Shown in pieces: positions 52,883 through 64,000 of a DNA stretch of 64,000 bases (position 1 is its first letter; each line of letters begins with the position of its first letter). A program made the position numbers and the translations under genes. The notes below the pieces were generated by a model. That model searched no databases, had not been told where the DNA came from, and was given only the letters and a program-made list of their open reading frames with translations. The stretch is from contig OZ024747.1 of NCBI GenBank assembly GCA_964016885.1, positions 54,002,001-54,066,000 on the forward strand, in the 5' to 3' direction. Origin of the DNA: Eledone cirrhosa (taxonomy: Eukaryota).

Positions 52883-53354
52883 GCGATGATGATTGTAGCA
52901 GTTTATTTGTACCCTCTGTTGAGCTTTTTAGTTTTAGGATGGATACATTTTTTTTATTTGATACCTTTAAATATAATATTTCATTCCAATTACTTGCGTT
53001 AAGGTAACTTTGATATGCCAAATTTGGTGGTTTGCTGTGTATTCTATTTGTGTGTGTATGTGTGATGAGCCCTTCTAATAAGGAAGTACCACTGCCTCCA
53101 TGGTATAAATACAACTCTGCGAACGCACACACACACACACAGGGTCAAACATTTTTCAAAGGTATATGAGTTTGTTTAAATGTGTGAGATGTTAAATTAA
53201 TGAGACAAACACCAGCTGCCTGTTTCGTTTGAAAAGTAATAATAAAATAGCAAAATATTTCAATTAATGGAATAAAGACATATGGTCTCCATATATTTAT
53301 GTGTGTCCATCTATCTATCTATCTATCTATCTATATAACTATCTATCTATATAA

Positions 53355-53389
<35 letters not shown>

Positions 53390-53400
53390 CCTATATATCA

Positions 53401-53583
53401 GGGCAGTGGTTTGGCAGTATCGGTAGAGCGTGAGACACCATGTTTTGCACATAGTTATGGCCCTTTGCGTTCTGAGTTCAAATCCGCCGAGGTTAACTTT
53501 GCCTTTGATCATTACGAGGTCGATAAAATAAAGTACCAGTGGTGCACTGGGGTAATCGCTGGCCTTGTGCCAAAAGTAGAAAC
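53401..53583 (+). mobile_element. Nin/Deu-like SINE (young subfamily)
   Basis: Matches the element at 1361. Confidence 0.9.
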
Positions 53584-53744
53584 TATATATGTATCTTTTG
53601 CTGACTCTCACACTCTGTTTATACACAGTTCTATATAAATATATACATATACATATTTGCCTGCATGCATACATACATATGTACATACACACACATATAT
53701 ATATACACATGTATACACACATATATATATATACACATATAGCA

Positions 53745-54662
53745 ATAAATACCAGAGTGTAATGTTCCCCTAGAGGCGAACTAGCTTACAGATTTAGAAG
53801 AGCCCTAGACGAGCTCGAATTAAATATTAAGATATTCCCAGGTATTCTCACAAAACCCTAATTGGTAAAACATACCCATTTCAAAGAACCCCTTTACTGA
53901 TAGGAAATGCATAATATGCAAGCTAAGCCCGCAAACAAACTGCAAAACTAGGAACTTGTAATGACGGACTGTGTAGGAATAAGAACACAACATACATAGG
54001 TGAAACAGCCCGTAGCATAGGAGAAAAGATAAGTGAAATTGCCGAGAACTCCAAGATGGAAAAACTCATCAGTACTCCACCAACATGCCAAAATAGAACA
54101 TAAGGTCACATTAGAGAACATAGAGATAAAAATTATATTCACACAGAGAAAAGATGCAATGCTCAGACAAATCACAGAGGCGACAAACATAAACGAACTC
54201 CAACCAGAATTAAACAGAAAACATGAGTGGAATAGCAACATCACAACTAGTAATTAAGGACAAAATGAAGACATACAGACACACAAAAAGACCAAACTGA
54301 CAAAATAAATCAGACACAGATAGAACAAACAACCAACTAGTGAAAAGTAAATAAACACATAAATAAACAAATAAACACACACACACACAAACAGGATGTA
54401 ACGCATGCTCAAACCAGGCATACAACGCACAACAACAAAAACAAGTTGGTATAGGATAGAAAAAAGGGGAAACACAAAATAAAAACTTACTCACTGAGGA
54501 GGTCACAGAATGTGTAACGAAAGAGCTTTGACAATATATAAACAACCATCCGGTTATCGAACCAACCAACCAACCAACCAACCAACCGGTAATTTATAAT
54601 ACATTGAAGTGAAAACCTCAGGTACGTGTGTTTTTATTGGGAGCATGACCCTCCCAAAGTAT

Positions 54663-54668
<6 letters not shown>
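53745..54668 (+). mobile_element. 5'-truncated Penelope-like element: Cys-rich linker, GIY-YIG endonuclease pseudo-ORF and 3' pseudo-LTR
   Basis: Frameshifted translation RGELAYRFRRAL..KCIICKLSPQTNCKTRN/TCNDGLCRNKNTTYIGETARSIGEKISE/SSVLHQHAKIEH..RQITEATNINELQPELNRKHEW. The 3' region carries a hammerhead and ends in ATAACAA(TA)n. Confidence 0.9.
54491..54531 (+). ncRNA. Minimal type I hammerhead in PLE pseudo-LTR
   Basis: TCA-CTGAGGA-G-GTCACA gaatg TGTAAC-GAAA-GAGC-TT-TGA. Confidence 0.6.
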
Positions 54669-54693
<25 letters not shown>

Positions 54694-54731
54694 CGCAACA
54701 TTCACACACACGCACACACACATATATATAA

Positions 54732-54784
<53 letters not shown>

Positions 54785-54806
54785 ACATTCACACACATAA
54801 ATATAA

Positions 54807-54865
<59 letters not shown>

Positions 54866-55017
54866 TACGCGTTAACAAATGCGCATATATACACACACAA
54901 CTTTATATTACTGTAGTTTCACCCAGGTGAACACTCGATACGTAATTTCCAGTCGATAAACGTATTGAAGACATAACAAATCGTCTTTTTATTTTCATAA
55001 TATATATATATATATAT

Positions 55018-55336
<319 letters not shown>

Positions 55337-55466
55337 GTGAGGTTTTTTTACAAAATGAAAAATAACCGAGGTGTCCTACACGAGTGAAAGTATAAAGAAA
55401 AAAAGATGAAATCGAAAATGCAGCTGGGGTCTTATTTAAAAAAATATATATATATATATTTGGTTC

Positions 55467-55502
55467 CTTTACCGGTTTCGCAGTTCTTCTGCTTTTCAAA
55501 AG
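55467..55502 (-). ncRNA. Minimal type I hammerhead, U3-A8 core variant
   Basis: CTT-TTGAAAA-GCAG aagaa CTGC-GAAA-CCGG-TA-AAG; palindromic stem III ACCGGT and GUA triplet. Confidence 0.65.
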
Positions 55503-55545
55503 TAGAGTTGAGATGGAGGGTCTGTGGTTTTTTCACACACACACA

Positions 55546-55622
<77 letters not shown>

Positions 55623-55663
55623 GTATATATATATATAATTTTATCGTACTGCTTGGCGTACAT

Positions 55664-55712
<49 letters not shown>

Positions 55713-55749
55713 TTTACAGCCACCCACAAGCATATATATATATATATAT

Positions 55750-56162
55750 ATTGTTATGCTTTGGGAGGGTCACGTTACCAATAAGAAACACACGCACCAG
55801 TTGCTTTCACTCCAATTTATTATAAATTAAATTTATAAATTTAAGAATTTATAAATTTCCGGTTGGTTGGTTGGTTTGTTCTGTCCTATGCCATCTTGAA
55901 ACAAATATGACGTAGGACAGAACAAAGGAGAGGCACAAAACAAAGAAAAGAATGCCCAGTCACTGAAGAGGTTACATAATGTGTGACGAAAGAACTTTGA
56001 CAATATATGAATAACCGTCCGATTATGGAACCAACCAACCAACCCAACCGGAAATTTATAAATTCTTAAATTTATAAATTTAATTTCTAATAAATTGGAG
56101 TGAAAGCAACTGGTGCGTGTGTTTCTTATTGGCAACATGAACCTCTAAAAGCATAACAATAT
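55750..56162. mobile_element. PLE pseudo-LTR with inverted terminal duplication (~125-bp arms)
   Basis: 55750-55876 is the reverse complement of ~56030-56160. The spacer and right arm are homologous to 54410-54668. Confidence 0.88.
55959..56001 (+). ncRNA. Minimal type I hammerhead in PLE pseudo-LTR
   Basis: GTCA-CTGAAGA-G-GTTACA taatg TGTGAC-GAAA-GAAC-TT-TGAC; 4-bp stem I, 6-bp stem II, CUU triplet. Confidence 0.65.
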
Positions 56163-56956
56163 CGGTTTCAACACACGTTTTCAGATAAAGAATCTTGCTA
56201 AACAAATTCAGAAACGAAATATATATATATATGTATATATGAAGTAGTTTCATGACGGATTGTCAATATACTAAGTTTGTTAAATATTGATATCGGAATA
56301 GAACAATACTACCGCATAACATAACAATACAACAAGCACAAGAACAACAGAAACAACATCAACAACAGCAACCATAACGCTGCTAAAATATCCGCCCACA
56401 ACAAAACAACCAGCACCACCAACACCACCACCACCATACTGTTAACAACAAACAAAAATAACTACTGTAATGAATTGACTTCGATGTGCTCAAAGTTAGT
56501 ATTGATTTTCTGTGTCTAGTCACAAGACCCTTTTGTATGAAGGAGGGGGGGGGGGGGAGTGCTTGTGTTCAATTGAAGCTATTCCACTAAATTACTTGTA
56601 TATGTGTTGTTGTTATTGTTGTTTTTTAATAATTTTATCAGTCCTCAGAGGATTGAGTGCCAAAGTTGAAACCCAGTGGGATTTGAACTTTCAAATGTGA
56701 AGTATCAATTTAGATATAATGAAACTTAAATATGTCTGAGTTACACGCTTTTAATCTCTCTCCCTCTCACTCTATCTTCCCTCTCTCCCCCTCTCTCTCT
56801 TCTCTCTCTCTTTATTTTTTTAACTATCTATATCTATCTATATATCATATATTATGCACAAAACGTGTTACTCAGCTGTTCTTTCATGTCTCTCACTTTC
56901 ATTATATATGTGTATATATATGTATATATGTACACACACACACAAACACATATATA

Positions 56957-57163
<207 letters not shown>

Positions 57164-57236
57164 TATATCTATATATAAAATATATATATATGTGTTTGTG
57201 TGTGTGTGTACATATATACATATATATATATATATG

Positions 57237-57373
<137 letters not shown>

Positions 57374-57849
57374 ATGAATACACATAAATTCATCACTCTT
57401 ACACAAGCGCATAAACAAACACACACATCACACATACATATGCACATATATACAGTGAGAGAGAGAGAGGGAGAGAGAGTGTGAGAGAGAGAGAGTTATA
57501 CATTCTTTGTTTGAATTTGTGGTGTAGAAATTTACCTATCCCTCCCAAAGTTTGACTTCCTTTTTTAACAAAACACCTATTCTTAAAACCTAGTTTTCTA
57601 TTGCGCCCATTCATTGAAATATTTTATTCCCCGATCCCTAAAAAGGATTTTATGAACTCAAAAGAATTATACTAATGTTATTGAAACAATTTGATGTAAA
57701 CAAAGACAAATGCAGAAAAAAAAATTCAAATTTTCAGGAAAACTACAAAATGTATTTTTGTATGAATTGGCCATGACTGTCGTCACCATATAAAAGAGTA
57801 CTTGTAGAAAGACTTGTGAATAAATACAATATATTACATAGCATACAGT

Positions 57850-58170
57850 CTTCATGTGTAGCTCGGCGATCACAGAGTCACTCTAGGTAGAGCCACTATT
57901 TCTCCGAATTGAGATATCACAGCTCCAATACGGGCATGTGGTTAGAATGACTCAGGAAAGAATGGTTGGGCAGATTTTACGAGCAGGAAACTCATGTGTA
58001 GACCCCGAGCAAGATGGTTGGATAACATCCTTGAGTTTGGCTGGTCACGCTTGGGGAGCCAACCGGATCAGTTGGAGACGGTTGCTTCTGACTGGACCCA
58101 CTGGAGGGAGTGTTTGAAGACTCTGCTCCCACGGGCCTCTCAGGAGTAAGAGGATGAAGATGAAGAAGCT
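57850..58170 (+). mobile_element. RTE-clade LINE 3' end
   Basis: ESL*VEPLFLRIEISQLQYGHVVRMTQERMVGQIL..RPRARWLDNI..WRECLK with a GAAGAT tail; homologous to 20620-20970. Confidence 0.85.
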
Positions 58171-59510
58171 AGACTCTGAAGCGGGTGTCATATCAGTGAA
58201 CAACTCTGAGCGCAAATTAAACGGAAAAGTATTACACGGTCTTCTAACAATTAAATTATTACTAATAAATCATATTTGATCGCATGGAATGGGTCCTCAA
58301 GTGATAGACATCAAGGTGAAAGAAATGGATATCCATCGCTTTCTACGATGAGAGATCCAGTTGTTATGGTGATCAACGGAACAGCATCCTGATTGAGTTA
58401 ACGTGCAAATAGGCATTCTGTAGGGACGTGTAACCTTAATGAAATTTTCGAAGAGATTGAGCGGAACTGGTATATCACTCACTGGTATATCACATTGGTG
58501 TATCACACTAGTATATCACACTAGTTTATAACACTAGTTTATCACACTGGTATATCACATACTGGTATATAACACTGATATATCACACTTGACCCAGATG
58601 CCACTCAGTGGAATAGAACCCGGGACGTTCTGGCTGCAAAGCGAATTTCTTAAACATTTGTCTATGTTGCTTCCTTAAATGTCGGTGGAACACCGTATAG
58701 AATGGTTTGGGGGTATTCGTACCATGTATCGACACATTAACTTCTAAACCTGCCGTGGTCCACTTTGCGATTCCTCATTTTGATGTCGATACATAAATTA
58801 CCAATCCAGTACTGGAGTCGCTTCTTGAGTTATCTCTCTTTCTCACTGCCCCTCACTCACGCTGTTATTCAGAAAGAACTAGACTATTCCGACAAGAGAG
58901 AGATTAGCTCCGCAGAGTTTAAAATACCCAGAACATATAAGGAGGGCACAACTACGATTCTACCAAATGTAAAGAACCCATGGATACAGATGGAATACAA
59001 ACCGCTCTCTCACTCTTACGCTCACATACATATATATATATATATATATCCGTCTCCTCTTCTCTCTTTCTCACTTTCAATGTTAATAATATATTTACAA
59101 CTGACATAATGTCATAATCTAGAATTACTATTAGGATTCTATGTGGACGTCATATATCAAATTTTACCCAGGCTGGCTTGATTGACAATTGATACAATAC
59201 TTATTTCGTGCTTGAGTGGTTACCAGCAGAAAAGAAAGGTATGCTGGATTACCAATCATCATATCCATTCTTCAACACACAGCATAATACTAGTATTGTC
59301 ATCACAAACAAAAACGGATATAAAAACAGCATAGAAAGAAACAAATGGAATAATTACACACACACACACACACCCACACACACACACACAGCCACACACA
59401 GACACATACACACATATATATATGAAAGAAACAGAAAACGAACAAACAAGAGGAGATAATAACATAAACTTGTGTTAGTTTCATGCTTGGAGGAATAGTG
59501 GGTTACTTAA

Positions 59511-59542
59511 CTAACGTATCGGGCAAATTCCCTTCATCAGGA
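59511..59542 (-). ncRNA. Mutated minimal hammerhead (GAAA>GATA)
   Basis: CTGATGA-A-GGG aatttg CCC-GATA-CG-TT. The flank 59420-59500 resembles 32020-32090. Confidence 0.45.
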
Positions 59543-59662
59543 AACCCGCAATATGAATTTTACGGCCGGGTGTTCTTCCTGACGCCAACAATTTTACAGC
59601 GTATACTGGATGTGTGTAATTGTAGCAGCGGCACTGTCACTTTACAAAAAGGATTATGGATT

Positions 59663-59717
<55 letters not shown>

Positions 59718-59724
<7 letters not shown>

Positions 59725-60150
59725 GATCCGAAGGCATGGTATAAATTTCCAATCATTTTAATCACGACACATGTTTCAATAAGAGATAGATCGATCGTGC
59801 GGCCATGATCGATTATCACTGATTTCGACAGGTGAAAATGAATTGTCTTCAAATCCTTGATATGAGGAAGAAAAGTTAACGATGTTCACTCACTAGAGTT
59901 TTATCCTCCATACGAAGATTAAGCAGCCAAAACACGCCGGCTGCTATCGTCCTCAGTTAGGGGACAAAACTCTAGTGAGTGAACATCGTTAAATTTTCTC
60001 CCTCATATCAAGGATTTGAAGACAATTCATTTTCACCTGACGAGATCAGTGATAATCGATCATGGCCGCTCGATCGATCTATCTCTTATTGAAACATGTG
60101 TCGTGATTAAAACGATTGGAAATTTATACCATGACTTCGGACCTTTATTT
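59718..60150. mobile_element. Large fold-back element (~190-bp arms, ~50-bp spacer) abutting (TA)n
   Basis: 59718-59908 is the reverse complement of ~59959-60150 with scattered mismatches; the arm contains CTGACGA..GAAACATGTGTC. Confidence 0.88.
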
Positions 60151-60281
60151 TGATACAAATACTCCGTTTTACATCATCTAGCTGTTCCCATAAATGGAAT
60201 TGGAGATAAACAAAAGCGTGGAGAACTTAATATTGGTAACAAAAGTTTATTGGACCGTGTGACACAACCAATAATACACCT

Positions 60282-60349
<68 letters not shown>

Positions 60350-60434
60350 AAGGGCATTATACACCCTATAATACTTGTTTACTCATTACCCTCATTCTAT
60401 CTTCACCTTGTAAAATCCTTCATAACATATACAT

Positions 60435-61345
60435 TTGTTTTTTTGACGTTAGAATATTCATCCGCAATTATTATTATTTTTTCTCTCTATCATAAAACTT
60501 TTTAATCTCAATTTCATCCTTAATTTATTATTTTTTTCTCCCCATCAACGAACTCATTCTTAATACATATTAACTCTTTCTTCGCACATATTATCAACTC
60601 CTTCAATATACAAACCTTAACTTCACATTATTTTTCTCAAATCATCTAATACACAAACCTTAATCATTTTTTAATACATATTAACTCTTTCTTCGCACAT
60701 ATTATCAATTCCTTCAATATACAAACTTTAACTTCACATTATTTTTCTCAAATCCTTCTACACACAAACCTTAATAATTTTTCTCTTCGTTAATTTTGAA
60801 ATTGCCACAATACTTATCAGCATACACCTTTTTGACGTTAGAATATTCATCCGCAATTATTATTTTTTCTCTCTATCTTCATACATAAACTCCCTATCTT
60901 TCCTCGTACATACTTTTCCCTTCGTTAATTTTCAAATTCTTTTAATTTATACATTATCTTCCAACGGTTCTCAACCTCTCTATGTAAAACAATATATCTT
61001 TTCTCAGTTATAAAAACTATCTCTTTCTCTCTATCACCCATCTCTCCCTCTCCACCTTCACTCTCATCTCCTCCCCTTTTTTCATCCTTTCCACCCACCC
61101 CCTTCCTAAATAAAATATTTTTTCCTCGCACATATTTTTCCCTTCGTTAATTTTCAAATTCTTTTAATTTATACATTATCTTCCAACGGTTTTCAACCTC
61201 TCTATGTAAAACAATATATCTTCTCTCAGTTATAAAAACTATCTCTTTCTCTCTATCACCCATCTCTCCCTCTCCACCTTCACTCTCATCTCCTCCCCTT
61301 TTTCATCCTTTCCACCACCCCCCTCTCTAAATAAAATATTTTTCC
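60435..61345. repeat. Nested direct duplications (~220-bp tandem pair, ~110-bp pair, ~50-bp pair)
   Basis: 60914-61125 matches 61136-61345, 60560-60665 matches 60672-60775, and 60440-60492 matches 60829-60878. Confidence 0.85.
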
Positions 61346-61430
61346 CAATATCACACATCAATCTAAAACCACTTTTCATATGTTGATTTAAAACTGCACT
61401 ATCCACAAGTGTTTTTTAGCCTTCATATCC

Positions 61431-61493
61431 TGTTTTATCTGATGAAAACACAAATATTATGATGTTTGTTTTTGAAATGCGCATAATAAAATA
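61431..61493 (+). ncRNA. Type I hammerhead ribozyme, apparently intact core
   Basis: Stem I TGTTTTAT/ATAAAATA (8 bp), CTGATGA at 61439-61445, 11-bp stem II with TATG loop, GAAA at 61474-61477, palindromic stem III ATGCGCAT, AUA triplet with cleavage after 61485. Confidence 0.78.
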
Positions 61494-61614
61494 CATGGAA
61501 CTCCTTTAACCATCTTTTGATCTTATATTATGTATACTCCAGTCCTACAAACTGTAGAGTGCTTCTTATCCGATATCTGCATTGCTTTATTGTACTACAA
61601 TAAAACTCACCTCC

Positions 61615-61681
<67 letters not shown>

Positions 61682-61866
61682 AATAAAACGGAGTTAAAGA
61701 TTCCCATTTATCCCCCATGATTGAACACATATCTCTACGTGTACTTCTCACTTCTCTTTATATGCTGATGAGATGTCAACATGAATGGACCTGTTATTTT
61801 TATCTAAAGACATTTTTCCCAATTCCATCAAGCCCGTCCCCTCAATCTATCTTATTTCTCATTCTT

Positions 61867-61902
61867 TCTTCTGATGAAGGACTAGCGTTCGAAACGTTAA
61901 GA
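61867..61902 (+). ncRNA. Minimal PLE-type hammerhead
   Basis: TCTT-CTGATGA-A-GGAC tagc GTTC-GAAA-CG-TT-AAGA; 4-bp stems I and II, palindromic AACGTT. Confidence 0.65.
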
Positions 61903-61986
61903 CCCTCTTCCTGCTATATCAAGCGTTAACCTAATATATCCCTTCCATATACAGTACCGATTGTGTTGTTATTTCTGTTTACCTTT

Positions 61987-62083
<97 letters not shown>

Positions 62084-62106
62084 CACCAATGTACTCAACT
62101 ACCAAT

Positions 62107-62138
<32 letters not shown>

Positions 62139-62145
62139 AGTGTAT

Positions 62146-62262
62146 AAGAGCTTCTACAGGAATAGAAGTGTTTCATTCGTGAGAGATCATCAGGGACCTC
62201 CCTGATGATTTCTCACGAATGAAACAGTTCTAGTCCTGTAAAAGCTCTTCTATATTAAAACT
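62146..62262. mobile_element. Fold-back element (51-bp arms, 2-nt loop) with a hammerhead-like core in each arm
   Basis: 62146-62196 is the reverse complement of 62199-62249; contains CTGATGATTTCTCACGAATGAAACAG. Confidence 0.8.
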
Positions 62263-62327
62263 TTTATACTCTGCTATGTATTGAGTACCTTACTTACTGT
62301 GGTTACCTCCGATTTAACCCGGATTAA

Positions 62328-62374
<47 letters not shown>

Positions 62375-62402
62375 GCTAAAAAGCTTTCTCCGATATTGTA
62401 TT

Positions 62403-62527
<125 letters not shown>

Positions 62528-62620
62528 GGTAGTCAGTACATTGGTGGTGCACTGAGCAAGGTACCAAGATCAGCACTCTCACTCTCACTCTCACTCTCAC
62601 TCTATATGTATTCAATTACG

Positions 62621-62765
62621 ACAGTGAAATATACAGGTACGTAATATTCGTTGGGTCGATTTTACCAACTCATTCAGTCTGTCATAATTATGTTTTATTA
62701 TGGGAAGCTGAATGAGTTGGGAATAAAAGGCCCAACGAAACTTAAGTACATGTATATGTCACTGT
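62621..62765. repeat. Degenerate ~145-bp palindrome
   Basis: ACAGTGAAATATACA..TTCGTTGGG..CCAACTCATTCAG is mirrored by CTGAATGAGTTGG..CCCAACGAA..TGTATATGTCACTGT. Confidence 0.75.
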
Positions 62766-62896
62766 TGTATCTGATTATATAGAACTCGTCCTGTAGTCTG
62801 ATATCTCTAAAACCTTAGATATTTATACCAAGTGTGTACTACAATTACACACACAGTCCCCCCCCCCACACACACACACAGACACACACACACACA

Positions 62897-62953
<57 letters not shown>

Positions 62954-62989
62954 GTGTGTGCAATGTATATCAAGTGGAGCGCAGTACTT

Positions 62990-64000
62990 ACCATCAACTG
63001 CTACATAATGCTGTAACTAAGGATTACCGTCAAACTAATCGGTGCGTCATTAATGAAATTAGGTAGACTTAGTAAAAGGATTTTAGGTAGAATTATACCT
63101 GAAATTAGAAGTTTGGCCCCTCTTGCACTGTGGGACAATTCTTTCGCGGTGATTGATTGGTTCAACGGCATATGTAACAAGGAACATTGCCGTTTTATCC
63201 AATTCGACATCAACAATTACTACTCCTCTATCACTTTACCACTTCTCCTTAGAGCTATCAATTTCGCTAAAACACTCACAGTGGTTAAGGATTTTGAAGT
63301 TGATGTCATCCTCAATGACCGGAAGTCGGTGATTAATTTCGACGACTCTATTTGAAATAAAAAAACTAGTAGTACCCCATTCGACGTGAATATGGACGCC
63401 AGCGATTCTGCGGAAGTTACTGATCTTATCGGCCTTTTCCTTCTTTTCTCTATCAAGGAAGAATTCCCCAATATGGGCGGTGGTTTGTACCGTGATGACG
63501 GTGTTTTGTCCGTGACAAAGTGCGGCCCACATGCTTGCGGCGGTTCAGAAAAGAACTCACAGCCTTCTTTAAAGGCTTCAACCTCTCTGGACAGGTTGAG
63601 GCCAACCTCTCGGTCGTTAATTACCTCGACGATACCCTCAATTTGTCGAATGGCTTGCACTACCCTTATAGAAAGCCGAATGATACGCTTAATTACATAT
63701 ATAAGCATTCTAACCATCTTGCCAGCATAACCAAGAACCTAGTAAGAAACGTTTCTTTGAGGCTTTCCCGTCTATCTACAAACGAGCATATTTTCAACGA
63801 ACATTCCACATATTACAATGAAGCTCTTGTTCGGAGTGGATTTGTCGATAAGGTAGCATATACCGAGTATGAGAATAGACCTAAGAAAAATAGATCCCGA
63901 CGCATTATATGGTATAACTCACATTATAATATGGAGGTGGCAACACCATTAGCTAAGATATTTCTCTCCCGTATTATGAAGCATTTTCCTCCAGCACATA
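62990..64000 (+). mobile_element. Penelope-like element reverse transcriptase pseudogene (Naiad-like), continuing beyond the window
   Basis: LGRLSKRIL..VIDWF..FIQFDINNYYSSI..FDVNMDASDSAEVTDLIG..GLYRDDG, then after a frameshift near 63540 VNYLDDTLNL..PYRKPND..YIYKHSNH..RIIWYNSHY..KHFPPAH, open to the window end. In-frame TGA at 63353. Confidence 0.9.

Noticed and set aside
63353-63355. In-frame TGA as possible selenocysteine, as reported for some Naiad elements
   Set aside because: It falls at a position normally Trp (IWxKK), so TGG>TGA decay is simpler, and the ORF is also frameshifted.

Overview
AT-rich eukaryotic non-coding DNA, almost certainly from an octopus (coleoid cephalopod), judged from recalled SINE and LINE families and the extreme microsatellite load. 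I can support no intact host protein-coding gene. Nearly all ORFs in the supplied track are artefacts of (TA)n, (CA)n, (TATG)n, (GAT)n, (AAC)n and (ACC)n repeats. The window holds several tRNA-derived SINE families (Nin/Deu-like, CORE-like, CORE+V-like), decayed RTE and L1/Tx1 LINE fragments, a probable Helitron end, large minisatellites, and two coding Penelope-like element (PLE) relics: a GIY-YIG endonuclease piece at ~53.7-54.7 kb and a Naiad-like reverse transcriptase at ~63-64 kb. The most striking signal is a dense set of short non-coding elements embedded in (TA)n tracts. Many are fold-back inverted repeats, and about a dozen carry type I hammerhead-ribozyme cores from several families. 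These include apparently intact ones at 31839-31903 and 61431-61493 and a U3-A8 core variant at 55467-55502 and 4185-4220. I interpret them as PLE pseudo-LTR-derived, retrozyme-like non-autonomous elements. All folds were done by eye, family names come from recall rather than database searches, and boundaries of degenerate repeats are approximate.
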